A stretch of 64,000 nt of DNA, taken from the IMG/VR virus record IMGVR_UViG_3300035701_000003; one strand, 5' to 3'. Source of the stretch: a virus. The first letter of the stretch is position 1; each line of letters starts with the position of its first letter. Below the pieces are notes generated by a model. That model saw only the letters and a list, made by a program, of their open reading frames with translations, had not been told where the DNA came from and ran no database searches. Shown here one piece after another: positions 9,401 to 18,032 of this stretch. Position numbers and translations under genes: made by a program.

Positions 9401-10245
9401 GGACTGGTTCTGCACAAGTAGCTGCCGGTAATCATACTCATAGTGGAGTATATGAACCCGTTATTACTAAAAATACAGCATTCAATAAGAACTTTGGAAC
9501 AGCTACTACTGATATTGCAGCGATAGGAGCCACTTTGGGTAATTCTCAAGTAGTAGAAACCGATGGCACTGGTAAATTGATAACAGCCGCGAAGGGAACT
9601 GCTTATAATAAGGCCTTCGGTACTACCTCTGGTACTGTTTCCGAAGGTAATCATGCTCATACTGGAGTATATGAACCAGCTTCTTCTACAATAATGAAAG
9701 AAGGCGAGAATATATCTCTCTTGAATAATAACTCTGGTTACATTACGGGTAATCAAACTATTACCTTGAGCGGTGATGTTACTGGCAGTGGGGCCGTTTC
9801 TATTTCAGCCACTGTTAAGGATAGTTCTCATATACATTCTATAGCTAATGTTACTCATTTACAAGATACTTTAACTAACAAAGTTAACTTATCTACTTTT
9901 AATAGTTATATAATAGAAGAAACTAAACAGCCAGGTTTCGTACTAGGGTCTAACGGTACCTGGAATGAATATAGTAGAACTACTTTTAAGGATTCTTTAA
10001 ATTTGTTTGTCTCTGGAACAGCTACTATTCCTGTAGGTGATGATTCAGTAATAGTAACCCATAATTATGGAAGTTCTCCTACTATAAGTGATATTAGTAT
10101 AACCCCTCAAACGAATACCTTTGGGTATCCTTACTGGATTACAGCTGTAGGTTCCGCTACCTTTAAGGTTAAACTTGGTAATGTGGGTTTAGAAACAAGA
10201 AATGCCAGTGTTTTATTTAGTTGGCAAATATGGAAAAGAGATTAA
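6421..10245 (+). CDS. tail-fibre/trimeric-adhesin-like protein with Sec signal peptide
   Basis: MKKFLYPLLLCILFTVSLFG|Q signal peptide; YadA-head-like GxxSxAIGxxN repeats (about 7720-8040); DGTSGYVLKTNG...W fibre linkers; HxH fibre motifs (HLHAASDIT, HTHSGVYEP); small beta-sandwich C-terminus. Confidence 0.75.
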   Translation: MKKFLYPLLLCILFTVSLFGQYTDEKYEKYVGYARGKYPLTLSGLQRAIAAVVAVDSGVVNIAYPGVDTTGLGVLPPRIYLRGWISGEEIVSGVVAGTGTWGYITGDITEQTDLQEALSNKLDLSDTSHKVLTSNLIYNNKSGMRDTLLYSDLYEKFLGIEDGKYDLSVAGVQSAIADLPNDSGTVYISYPGIDTTGLGTLPNDIILWGWILTYVSGNNTAEVLTFQIETSASSTGNFYTTIDDSTYTTVIDNGDVNTIVATKIYNTLYGNVTGWTITKNSFRITLTHNTYGDITDPTYNASAIGATVTTYSRANGTLKLYSSSYTQGAGYIVVTPAQSKVVVASDSMRVQGKSKFVGNVTLPNTSIWNTTGVGIGTITPRTTLEGVGALLFTGTAGAGWTEPNLGAGTRLLWYPRKAAFRVGTVTGTQWNDANIGENSVAFSYNNIASGKGSIAIGSNNSVSGSYSTVIGDNNTATYPQGVALGTGNTIDGDYGVAIGVNNSTYGSSSRAFGTSCITYGIYSTAFGFTNIARSYLEFVIGRNALDGGSSDTWVATDPLFSVGIGTSTNNRLNGFTVFKNGNAEVYGTLKVGHIYTFPATDGTSGYVLKTNGAGIVSWQADASGIGGAAYADSLLHDGRHVPGDSLITDAEGNSRFQAKGTYLIPSDSTSMRSYSNAKYQAKGTYLIPSDSTSIRNYSNAKYQAKGTYLIPSDSTSMRNYSNAKYQAKGTYLIPSDSTSMRSYSNAKYQYKFSNIAETSAGDSIKFYNKYTFPRTDGNSGQILKTNGNGEVTWQIDASGLGGASFADSVSHDGRHVVGDSLITDAEGTARFEPKGVTISDVSLLQDSLTVKLNRNELDIAPSKIQDSLTVKLNRNELDIAPSKIQDSLTVKLNRNESIRYTKVLGLPDTTGVTTGYVMKKQADGTIQWNNDATGGAPVWGNISGTLANQTDLQGALNSKSATGHLHAASDITSGIIDTARFHAYADLVVENKVGTGSAQVAAGNHTHSGVYEPVITKNTAFNKNFGTATTDIAAIGATLGNSQVVETDGTGKLITAAKGTAYNKAFGTTSGTVSEGNHAHTGVYEPASSTIMKEGENISLLNNNSGYITGNQTITLSGDVTGSGAVSISATVKDSSHIHSIANVTHLQDTLTNKVNLSTFNSYIIEETKQPGFVLGSNGTWNEYSRTTFKDSLNLFVSGTATIPVGDDSVIVTHNYGSSPTISDISITPQTNTFGYPYWITAVGSATFKVKLGNVGLETRNASVLFSWQIWKRD
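8389..8664 (+). repeat. 4 x 69-bp in-frame tandem repeat (QAKGTYLIPSDSTSMRSYSNAKY)
   Basis: Four near-identical units read directly from the sequence. Confidence 0.95.
8951..9108 (+). repeat. about 2.6 x 60-bp perfect in-frame tandem repeat (QDSLTVKLNRNELDIAPSKI)
   Basis: Identical 60-nt period at 8951, 9011 and 9071. Confidence 0.95.
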
Positions 10246-10259
10246 ATAAGGAAAGTAAT

Positions 10260-13200
10260 ATGAAAAAAATATTCTTAAGTTTACTTCTACTGATAGTTGT
10301 TTTATCGTCTGGAGCAATATATTCTCAAAGGTACGCAACTAAAGATACTACCGTAACCACAGCTTCTTTAGCGAGAGCTACAGCTATTTCTCTTGGGAGT
10401 ATATCGACTCAGGTAAGTCATATTGCAGGAGACTATTACAGCCAAGCCTATTTAGACGGTGTCATAGGAACTATGAATGATTCTATTGCAGCATTAAACC
10501 ATGAAATAGATAACATTTGGGCGTACTTAGGAAGATATCACTATGATTTACCGTATGCGCCTTATAATTTTATAGCTGATGGTACTAGTGGTGATGTTGA
10601 AATAATATGGTCTGATTCTACAAATAGCCTTGATAGCAATGTAATTTATATGAAATTTACTAACCCCGAAATAAGCGAAGTTCCTTCTGGGGGTACTCGA
10701 ATAGGAGCAACTACTGATACCGATACTACTTTTACATACAGCGGTACTAACCTCCCAAAAAATACTACTATGTGGTTTTGGGTAAAGAACTGGAAAGGGG
10801 GATTTTCTAACGTATCTTCTGTGGATACTACTTTTATTTATGAAGCTGGTGGGGGAGGAGGTACTATTACTTATACTCGTCAGTTAGCAGGTATTGACTT
10901 TGAAGAAGGCAATCTAACTGATTTTACCAGCGTTGATTCTACGAATGGAAGCCTATGGACAGTATCTACCCCTGTGAACATAGGTACTAAAAGCTTGAGA
11001 GTAGGGATTGATCAAGGTACCGCTGGATATCCCGTAGATGGATTAAAGACTTTTACTTCAGCTACCTATGATACTGTGTCTGGAGGATTCTTTGTTTATT
11101 TTCCTGCTATTATGAATACTGCTCAAACCGATGTAAGTTTTTGTGATCTTTTTATTCTTGGTTTATATGACGGGGGAAATGATTTATGTTACATAGGAAT
11201 TAAATGGGATGCTTCTCACTTAGTATCTCGATGGGCTTTATATATGGCAGCTGGTTCCTCTTTAGATACTGCTACTACTGCTGAGAATACTAATAATCCT
11301 ACTACGGGGGCTTGGTATAAAGTAACATGGCAATACTTTGGAAATCAAGGTTCTAACGGCGGGGTTAAAGTATATGTTAATAATAATTTAGTTTTGCAGA
11401 AGATGGGGATAGTAACTACTGGTTTCTTTCCCGATCTTATTCACTACGGCGCCGTTGAAGGTTATAGTATGGTTTGGGCGGCAGCTGGTTATTTTTATCT
11501 TGATGATGCTATAGTTTGTGATGGTATAATGACAGAAAACTTTGTAGGCTTTCCAACCGCGGGGGGAGCAGTCGAAGGTCCTTACGGGCACTTTGTGAAT
11601 GCTTACGCGACTGGCGGGGGTACTAATACTTACGATGGGACTAGTTGGGATAAGGCTTGGAAGACTATGCAGGATGTTACATGGAATGCTATAGTACCCG
11701 GCGATACTTTATATATTTCCGGAGGTAACGTAAATAGTTCTATTACTTATACTGGTTTAGTGAATATAGGTAGGAGCGGAACTCCAGGACATATAATTAC
11801 TATAAGACCTGGCATAAGTTTCGGGCACAACGGTGAAGTAATTTTCTACGGCACCTCTGTTTCTAATAAAGGTTTTGTTAAAATAGAAGATCAGAAATAT
11901 ATAAGACTCGAGCATATAACTATTAACTTTGCCCCCGTTAATGTTTCTGAAGGATATGCTCTTTTAGTAAGGGGTAATAGCGTAGGAGCTACTAAAGGGA
12001 TTTATCTAGATAGTTTGACCGTTACTTGTGCTTCCGGAGATAGATACGGAGGAGCGGATACTGATAACTTTTTAGTTAAAATAGATGGTTCTGGCGGGGG
12101 AGTAAGTACTTACGTAGATTCTGTTTACCTTATGTATAGTACCCTTGCAAATACGAGATATCCAGCGACTTGGGTGCAAGCCGACGGCATCGTGTTACAA
12201 TACGCTCAGAATATATGGATACTGAATAACCACGTAACTATAAATAACGACTGGCCTACAGCCGCTTATCCTACCGGTAATAATGCACACAATGATTGTA
12301 TAGCAAGTAATGCTATTACTAAAAATCTTACTATAGCTAACAACTATATGATAAATCTTCAAACTGCGAATCATCAATCTCAAGGTGCTATCTTAGGTAA
12401 CGGTAGTGGTTATATGCTTATTTATAATAATGTATTTGCTACTCCTAATTTTGTTAATGATGGTAATTGGATGCCTACTACTTTTGTAATATATCCAGGG
12501 TCTGCGTCTTGTGAATACTCTCTGTATCATAATACTATTGTAGCCGGCTCTAATTTTTATGGGGCTGATTTTCAAGATACTTCTGTCGTATATCACGTAA
12601 GATTAAAGAATAACATCTTCACCGCCGTAGGGCAAGGCTCGGCCGCTCCTAAGATACGATTTAGACAGTATTTAAGTTCCACTGGATTAAATCCTATATG
12701 GGCTAACATAAATGATAATATATATGGACAATACTGGGCTGGTAGCAGTAATCAATTGATGGTAACAGCTGATGGTTATTTAACTATGGCTAATTTGAAC
12801 GCTTCTCCGAGATTCGCCGAGTTAGCTAATACACCCGCGAATAGATGGAATGTAGTGAATTCTAATTTATTTTCAGATGTTACTAACTATGATTATACCT
12901 TAAAGACTGGAGCACCTGCCATTGGAGTAGGTTTAGATTTGGGTATTGATACTGATTTACTTGGCAATGCAAGAGACCCAAATACTCCTGATATAGGCGC
13001 TTATGAATACATGGGGGCAAGTACTCCTAATATTTACACTTCAGTAGCATCTCTTACTGATTTTGGTAATGTAGAAACAGGTACTAATTCCTCTCCTCAA
13101 AGTTATACAGTATCCGGAACAGATTTATTAGGTAACGTTACTATAGACGTTCCTACTGGATTCCAGATATCTTTAAGTAGTGGAAGCGGGTATGGTACAC

Positions 13201-14093
13201 AATTAGTATTACCTCCTACAGGACCTACTTTACCGGGTACTACAATTTATGCAAGATTTAGTCCCGTTAATTCCGTTCCTTATTCTGGTAATATTAGTCA
13301 TACTAGTTCTGGAGCTACTACTAAGAATGTTTCTGTAAGTGGTACTGGAGTAACTACTCCACCTTCTGGATATCCAAGGTCACTATTATTAGCCGACTTT
13401 GAAGAAAATAACTGGAGTGAGTTTAATAGAGCTTTTGCTTATTTCGCAGGGGCTTATGTGGGTAATCATGATATATCTACGGGACTTGCTTACAAACACA
13501 ATGGTAATTACGGTATGAAACTTCATTTAGATACTCTCAGTCAGACAAGAATAGATACTACTGCTATTGAAAAAACCTTTTCAACAGGAACCGGACAAGA
13601 TACTATTTCGGGATACTTTTACTTCTACGCCGATAATTCTATAAACACTTCTGTACCAACTAATTACTCTGATATAGAAATATTCGGACTTTATGACGGG
13701 CCTTATCCCTCTGATTGGCAAATATTTTTAGGATTAAAAACCGATGGTAGTAATAACTTTACCCGATTTTTATTAGAACAAATGGATAGTTCCGATGTTT
13801 TTGCTGAGTTTTCCTATAACTGGGGGAGTAGTCTTACGGGAGCTTGGCATAGAATAAAATGGCAATATTTTGGGCATCAAACCTCTCCTAATGGAGGTAT
13901 AAAGATCTGGTGTGATGCTACTCTTATATTTAATAGACAAACTCACGCTACTACAGGAATTTATCCGAAGAAAGTTCTCTGGGGGTTACCAGAGCTTAAC
14001 GGTAGTCTCAGAATCAGCGATAGTAATTCCTTTATATACTTCGATGATATTATAATTAGTGCTGGATTAATGGGAGACTTTACGGGCTTTTAG
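10260..14093 (+). CDS. secreted right-handed beta-helix (pectate-lyase-like) protein with two ConA/lyase-like beta-sandwich domains and an Ig-like domain
   Basis: ATG at 10260 gives the signal peptide MKKIFLSLLLLIVVLSSGAIYS|Q. Parallel beta-helix repeats (IYNNVF, YHNTI, LKNNIF), a D..G..R...PDIGAYE cap and two paralogous D-FEE...W..W domains. Confidence 0.8.
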   Translation: MKKIFLSLLLLIVVLSSGAIYSQRYATKDTTVTTASLARATAISLGSISTQVSHIAGDYYSQAYLDGVIGTMNDSIAALNHEIDNIWAYLGRYHYDLPYAPYNFIADGTSGDVEIIWSDSTNSLDSNVIYMKFTNPEISEVPSGGTRIGATTDTDTTFTYSGTNLPKNTTMWFWVKNWKGGFSNVSSVDTTFIYEAGGGGGTITYTRQLAGIDFEEGNLTDFTSVDSTNGSLWTVSTPVNIGTKSLRVGIDQGTAGYPVDGLKTFTSATYDTVSGGFFVYFPAIMNTAQTDVSFCDLFILGLYDGGNDLCYIGIKWDASHLVSRWALYMAAGSSLDTATTAENTNNPTTGAWYKVTWQYFGNQGSNGGVKVYVNNNLVLQKMGIVTTGFFPDLIHYGAVEGYSMVWAAAGYFYLDDAIVCDGIMTENFVGFPTAGGAVEGPYGHFVNAYATGGGTNTYDGTSWDKAWKTMQDVTWNAIVPGDTLYISGGNVNSSITYTGLVNIGRSGTPGHIITIRPGISFGHNGEVIFYGTSVSNKGFVKIEDQKYIRLEHITINFAPVNVSEGYALLVRGNSVGATKGIYLDSLTVTCASGDRYGGADTDNFLVKIDGSGGGVSTYVDSVYLMYSTLANTRYPATWVQADGIVLQYAQNIWILNNHVTINNDWPTAAYPTGNNAHNDCIASNAITKNLTIANNYMINLQTANHQSQGAILGNGSGYMLIYNNVFATPNFVNDGNWMPTTFVIYPGSASCEYSLYHNTIVAGSNFYGADFQDTSVVYHVRLKNNIFTAVGQGSAAPKIRFRQYLSSTGLNPIWANINDNIYGQYWAGSSNQLMVTADGYLTMANLNASPRFAELANTPANRWNVVNSNLFSDVTNYDYTLKTGAPAIGVGLDLGIDTDLLGNARDPNTPDIGAYEYMGASTPNIYTSVASLTDFGNVETGTNSSPQSYTVSGTDLLGNVTIDVPTGFQISLSSGSGYGTQLVLPPTGPTLPGTTIYARFSPVNSVPYSGNISHTSSGATTKNVSVSGTGVTTPPSGYPRSLLLADFEENNWSEFNRAFAYFAGAYVGNHDISTGLAYKHNGNYGMKLHLDTLSQTRIDTTAIEKTFSTGTGQDTISGYFYFYADNSINTSVPTNYSDIEIFGLYDGPYPSDWQIFLGLKTDGSNNFTRFLLEQMDSSDVFAEFSYNWGSSLTGAWHRIKWQYFGHQTSPNGGIKIWCDATLIFNRQTHATTGIYPKKVLWGLPELNGSLRISDSNSFIYFDDIIISAGLMGDFTGF

Positions 14094-14107
14094 AATTAAT
14101 AGAGAAC

Positions 14108-14126
14108 GTGTATTCTACGAATACAC
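14108..14126. promoter_or_regulatory. perfect 8-3-8 palindrome GTGTATTC-TAC-GAATACAC (operator or hairpin)
   Basis: Intergenic between two secreted-protein genes; its left arm matches the CGTGTAT motif found in other intergenic regions. Confidence 0.5.
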
Positions 14127-14159
14127 TTCATAATATTTAAATATAAAGGAGAAAAAAGA

Positions 14160-17100
14160 ATGAGACTACGAATAGTGTTAGCTACTATATTTATGTTATT
14201 AAATATGGTTTATGCTCAGGAGGTTATTACTATAACCCTTCCGAGCGGGGATGAGGACACAACTTACACAGTTCCAGCTACTGTTCCAATTGTGATACAA
14301 GCAACTATTAAGGGGATACCGAAACCACCTAAAGCACCCTCCGACTTAAGTGGGGAACCCGGGGAATTAGAGAATACTTTACATTGGAAAGATAACTCTA
14401 ACAACGAAACTAATTTTACGGTATACGCAAACAACGTTAAGTTAGTTACGCTACCAGCGAATACTATATCTTATTTGGATAAACCCAGAGGTAATTTAGA
14501 GACTGTGAAGTATTGGGTAACAGCTCTTAATCAGAGAGGTGAAAGTCCAGCTAGTAATATTATTTACGTTACTACTTTAGATACTACTCCCCCTACCGTT
14601 GATATTGTTGGTAACATTTCTACATCAACTGGTTTACTAGTGGGCGGGGTTAATATAACCTTCAGCGGCTACAGTATCCCAGCTGTAAGTGACGGAAATG
14701 GTAATTATTCTATGACCGTAGATTACAATTATACTGGAATTGCTATTCCTTCTGCTAATGGATACACCTTTAATCCAGTGAATCGTTCTTATACTAATGT
14801 TACTACTAATCAAATTAGTCAGAATTATACAGCCATCAACAATCCTGTTAATATATCAGGTTATGTAAAAGATAATGTTGGTAATGGTTTAATCGGGGCT
14901 ATTATAACTTTTAGTGGCGGTGGTGGTATAACAACTAATAGTATGGGATTTTATACAAAAGATGTTGTATATGGATTTTCGGGAACAACTACATTAACTT
15001 TAACGGGATGGACATTTAGTCCGTCAAGTATTTCATATAATAATATTGTTGTTAATCAAGTTAATCAAAATTATATTGGAACACATATTCCAATAACAAT
15101 TTCTGGGTATATAAGAGATGGTGCGAATAATGGAGTCAGCGGAGTCGTTGCCATATTTAGTAATGCTGGAAATGCAACAACAGACATTTCAGGATTTTAT
15201 ACAAAAGACGTTGTATATGGATATACTGGTACTGTTACGCCCACTTTAGCGGGATGGACTTTTAATCCTTCAAGCATATCTTATAATAACGTTATAATAA
15301 ATCAATTGAATCAAAATTATATTGGTGTGTACAATAATAATATTTCGATTTGGTATATAGATCCAAATGGAACGGCCCTCGATCCTCATACTTGGTTAGG
15401 AGCTTGGAAAACATTTTCTGCTATTAATTGGACTTCGATTAAGCCGGGAGATATAATATATATTTCTGGAGGTGTAACATCTCAAATTTATTATGAAACA
15501 TTAATTATAAAAAAGAGTGGAACTCCTGGGCATATTATTACTATAACAAAAGGAATAGACACAGGTCATAATGGCGAAATAATTATAGACGGTAAAAATA
15601 CGCTTGTAAGAGGAATAGATAATACTGGAACTAACTGGGACGGCTATGATTATATTAAAGTATCGTATTTAACAATTCGAAGAATAGGCGGTAATGGAGA
15701 TGGCGGAGGTGGAATACATTCTACTGGATTTAATGTAAATTATTTTGATCATATCAATATGCCAATGATGCATACGCGAGGCTTTCATTGTACTGGTATA
15801 TATCCAGGTACAATAACATCAGATTCGTTATTTATAACAAATTGCAAAATTATAAGCGACAGTATAAATAGTAATCAAACAGATGGAATGTATTTAAATT
15901 GGTTATCTAATATTTTTATAGAAGATAGTTATATAGAAGCATACAATCAAAATAATTTACATTGTGATATAGTATCGACTGGTAATTGGATAGAAAATAT
16001 AAATATAACTCGTTCATTTTTAATAAATAAGTCATATAAAAATGGTTATCCCGATAATTATGATAATGGATTGTTACTTCAAGCAAGAGGAATTGTAAAT
16101 ATAAATAACAGTGTAATTTCTACACCTAATTTTGATAATAGTTTAGGTTGGTGTATTTCTTTTTCGGGAACTAGTCCTAATCCAGCTACTATATATTTTT
16201 ATAATAATACTGTTTATACTAATAAAGCAAATAATGCCGTTGTGTTTCAATACGCGGCGATGAACTCTAATTCAATATTTAAGAATAATATATTCTATGG
16301 TAATCAAGGAGTAGGAAACGGATTTGATTACGGTTCTGGGTTTACTGCATCTAATATAAACTATAACTTATACTATACTGGCGGTAGTACAATATGTGCC
16401 TATAATGGAGTAAAGACTTTAGCCCAAATGAAAACAGCGGGCGCTGAATTAAACGGATTAAACGCTTTACCATTATTTAAAAGTCCTTCAACTTTTGACT
16501 ATTCTTTGTTAAATAATTCTCCTGGTATTAATGTTGGTATTGATTTAGGTTCTCAATATTCAAAGGATATTACTGGAAAAATTAGAACTGGCATTTGGGA
16601 TATGGGCGCTTATGAATCTAATGTATCAAGTTCTATTGTTTTAGAGGGTCCAAACAGTTGGAAAATTAATCCTAATGGAACGGGTTTAGCTCCGCATACT
16701 TGGGCAGGTGGATGGAAAACATTGTCTGCTATAAATTGGACATCAGTTCAACCTGGCGATACTATATTTGTTTTTGGAGGAGCTGATTCTGTTACTTATA
16801 ATGAAGCTTTAACTGTTGGTAAATCTGGTGCCCCTAATAAATTTATTACTATTATGCCAGGATTGAGTGCGAGTTATAATGGAAAGGTAATTATATCTGT
16901 CAGTTCCGGTAATGGTATAAACATTAATCAGCAAAATCCAATGGGAATAAAACAATATATTCGTATTAAAAATATTACGGTAAAAATGCAACAGATAACA
17001 GCGGGAGGATATGGCATATATGTAAGTAGTAGAGTTGCGCAAGGTTGTAACGTTATTTATTTAGATAAAGTGCAAGTTATTTGGAATTTAAATGGAACGG

Positions 17101-18014
17101 GAAGTAGTAGCACAGAGCAATTTGGTATAAAGGTAGATGGTTATGGTGGAGGTACAAGTTATGTTGATTCTGTTTTCATAATAAATTCATACGTACAAAA
17201 TATAAGAACTGTTCCATCTATAAATGTTCAATGTGACGGAATAGTATTGCAGAATTTGTCAAACATTTTTGTTCTAAACAACAAAGTGGTAGTTAATAAT
17301 GATACTCCTGGTAGGAATGATACTCCGCATAATGACCCTATAGGCGTAAACGCTTCTATTTATAATCTTACGATAGCTAACAACATACTTATCAATTCTC
17401 AAGATGTCAACACTTGTTCTAATGGTATTATATTAGGAGCCTTATCTGGTAAGTTCGATATGTATAACAACGTATTAGCAACTCCATTCTTTGGCTGGAC
17501 TAATGGCGAAGTACCGCAGTCCTTATCTATTTATAGTGTAACTACTGGTACTTATTTTTATATTTATAACAATACCTTCGAAGGTGGTTCAAGTCCTTAT
17601 GTAGTCATGTCCAGGAATTCTAATAACCCTTATGTATACTTTAAGAATAATATAGTAGCCGCGCGAGAATCCGGAAGTTTTAGGGTAGCTTTTGAAAACA
17701 GTACTCCTACTTGGAATCAGATTAATGGTAATCTTTATACTACTTACGCGAAGAGTAGTAGCAACGGTTTAATCAACGGATACTCTATGACTACATTAAG
17801 AACTACTTACGGAGCCGAAACAGTCGGTATAGGGTCTGATAGATGGAATATAGCGGAATCTAGTTTGTTTAATAACTACCTTAATTACGATTATTCATTG
17901 AAGGATGGTTCCCCGGCTATCGACAAGGGAGTTTATCTTGGGCCTCCTTACGATAAAGATATAACTGGAAAGACTAGAAGTAATCCTCCCGATATTGGGG
18001 CCTATGAAAAATAA
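14160..18014 (+). CDS. secreted protein: FN3, three Ig/carboxypeptidase-regulatory-like repeats and two beta-helix domains
   Basis: AAGGAG RBS; signal peptide MRLRIVLATIFMLLNMVYA|Q; FN3 (LHWKDNSNNETNF, YWVTALNQRGES); three ISG.V.D...G...GYTFNP repeats (about 14600-15330); two beta-helices each ending D.GAYE. Confidence 0.8.
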   Translation: MRLRIVLATIFMLLNMVYAQEVITITLPSGDEDTTYTVPATVPIVIQATIKGIPKPPKAPSDLSGEPGELENTLHWKDNSNNETNFTVYANNVKLVTLPANTISYLDKPRGNLETVKYWVTALNQRGESPASNIIYVTTLDTTPPTVDIVGNISTSTGLLVGGVNITFSGYSIPAVSDGNGNYSMTVDYNYTGIAIPSANGYTFNPVNRSYTNVTTNQISQNYTAINNPVNISGYVKDNVGNGLIGAIITFSGGGGITTNSMGFYTKDVVYGFSGTTTLTLTGWTFSPSSISYNNIVVNQVNQNYIGTHIPITISGYIRDGANNGVSGVVAIFSNAGNATTDISGFYTKDVVYGYTGTVTPTLAGWTFNPSSISYNNVIINQLNQNYIGVYNNNISIWYIDPNGTALDPHTWLGAWKTFSAINWTSIKPGDIIYISGGVTSQIYYETLIIKKSGTPGHIITITKGIDTGHNGEIIIDGKNTLVRGIDNTGTNWDGYDYIKVSYLTIRRIGGNGDGGGGIHSTGFNVNYFDHINMPMMHTRGFHCTGIYPGTITSDSLFITNCKIISDSINSNQTDGMYLNWLSNIFIEDSYIEAYNQNNLHCDIVSTGNWIENINITRSFLINKSYKNGYPDNYDNGLLLQARGIVNINNSVISTPNFDNSLGWCISFSGTSPNPATIYFYNNTVYTNKANNAVVFQYAAMNSNSIFKNNIFYGNQGVGNGFDYGSGFTASNINYNLYYTGGSTICAYNGVKTLAQMKTAGAELNGLNALPLFKSPSTFDYSLLNNSPGINVGIDLGSQYSKDITGKIRTGIWDMGAYESNVSSSIVLEGPNSWKINPNGTGLAPHTWAGGWKTLSAINWTSVQPGDTIFVFGGADSVTYNEALTVGKSGAPNKFITIMPGLSASYNGKVIISVSSGNGININQQNPMGIKQYIRIKNITVKMQQITAGGYGIYVSSRVAQGCNVIYLDKVQVIWNLNGTGSSSTEQFGIKVDGYGGGTSYVDSVFIINSYVQNIRTVPSINVQCDGIVLQNLSNIFVLNNKVVVNNDTPGRNDTPHNDPIGVNASIYNLTIANNILINSQDVNTCSNGIILGALSGKFDMYNNVLATPFFGWTNGEVPQSLSIYSVTTGTYFYIYNNTFEGGSSPYVVMSRNSNNPYVYFKNNIVAARESGSFRVAFENSTPTWNQINGNLYTTYAKSSSNGLINGYSMTTLRTTYGAETVGIGSDRWNIAESSLFNNYLNYDYSLKDGSPAIDKGVYLGPPYDKDITGKTRSNPPDIGAYEK

Positions 18015-18032
18015 ACAAGATAAGGTTTAATT

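Noticed and set aside
10201-10233. NASVLFSWQIW at the C-terminus of the fibre protein, resembling the tag
   Set aside because: It is the final strand of a terminal beta-sandwich (F-x-W is typical there) in an exported protein, with no downstream module; probably coincidental.
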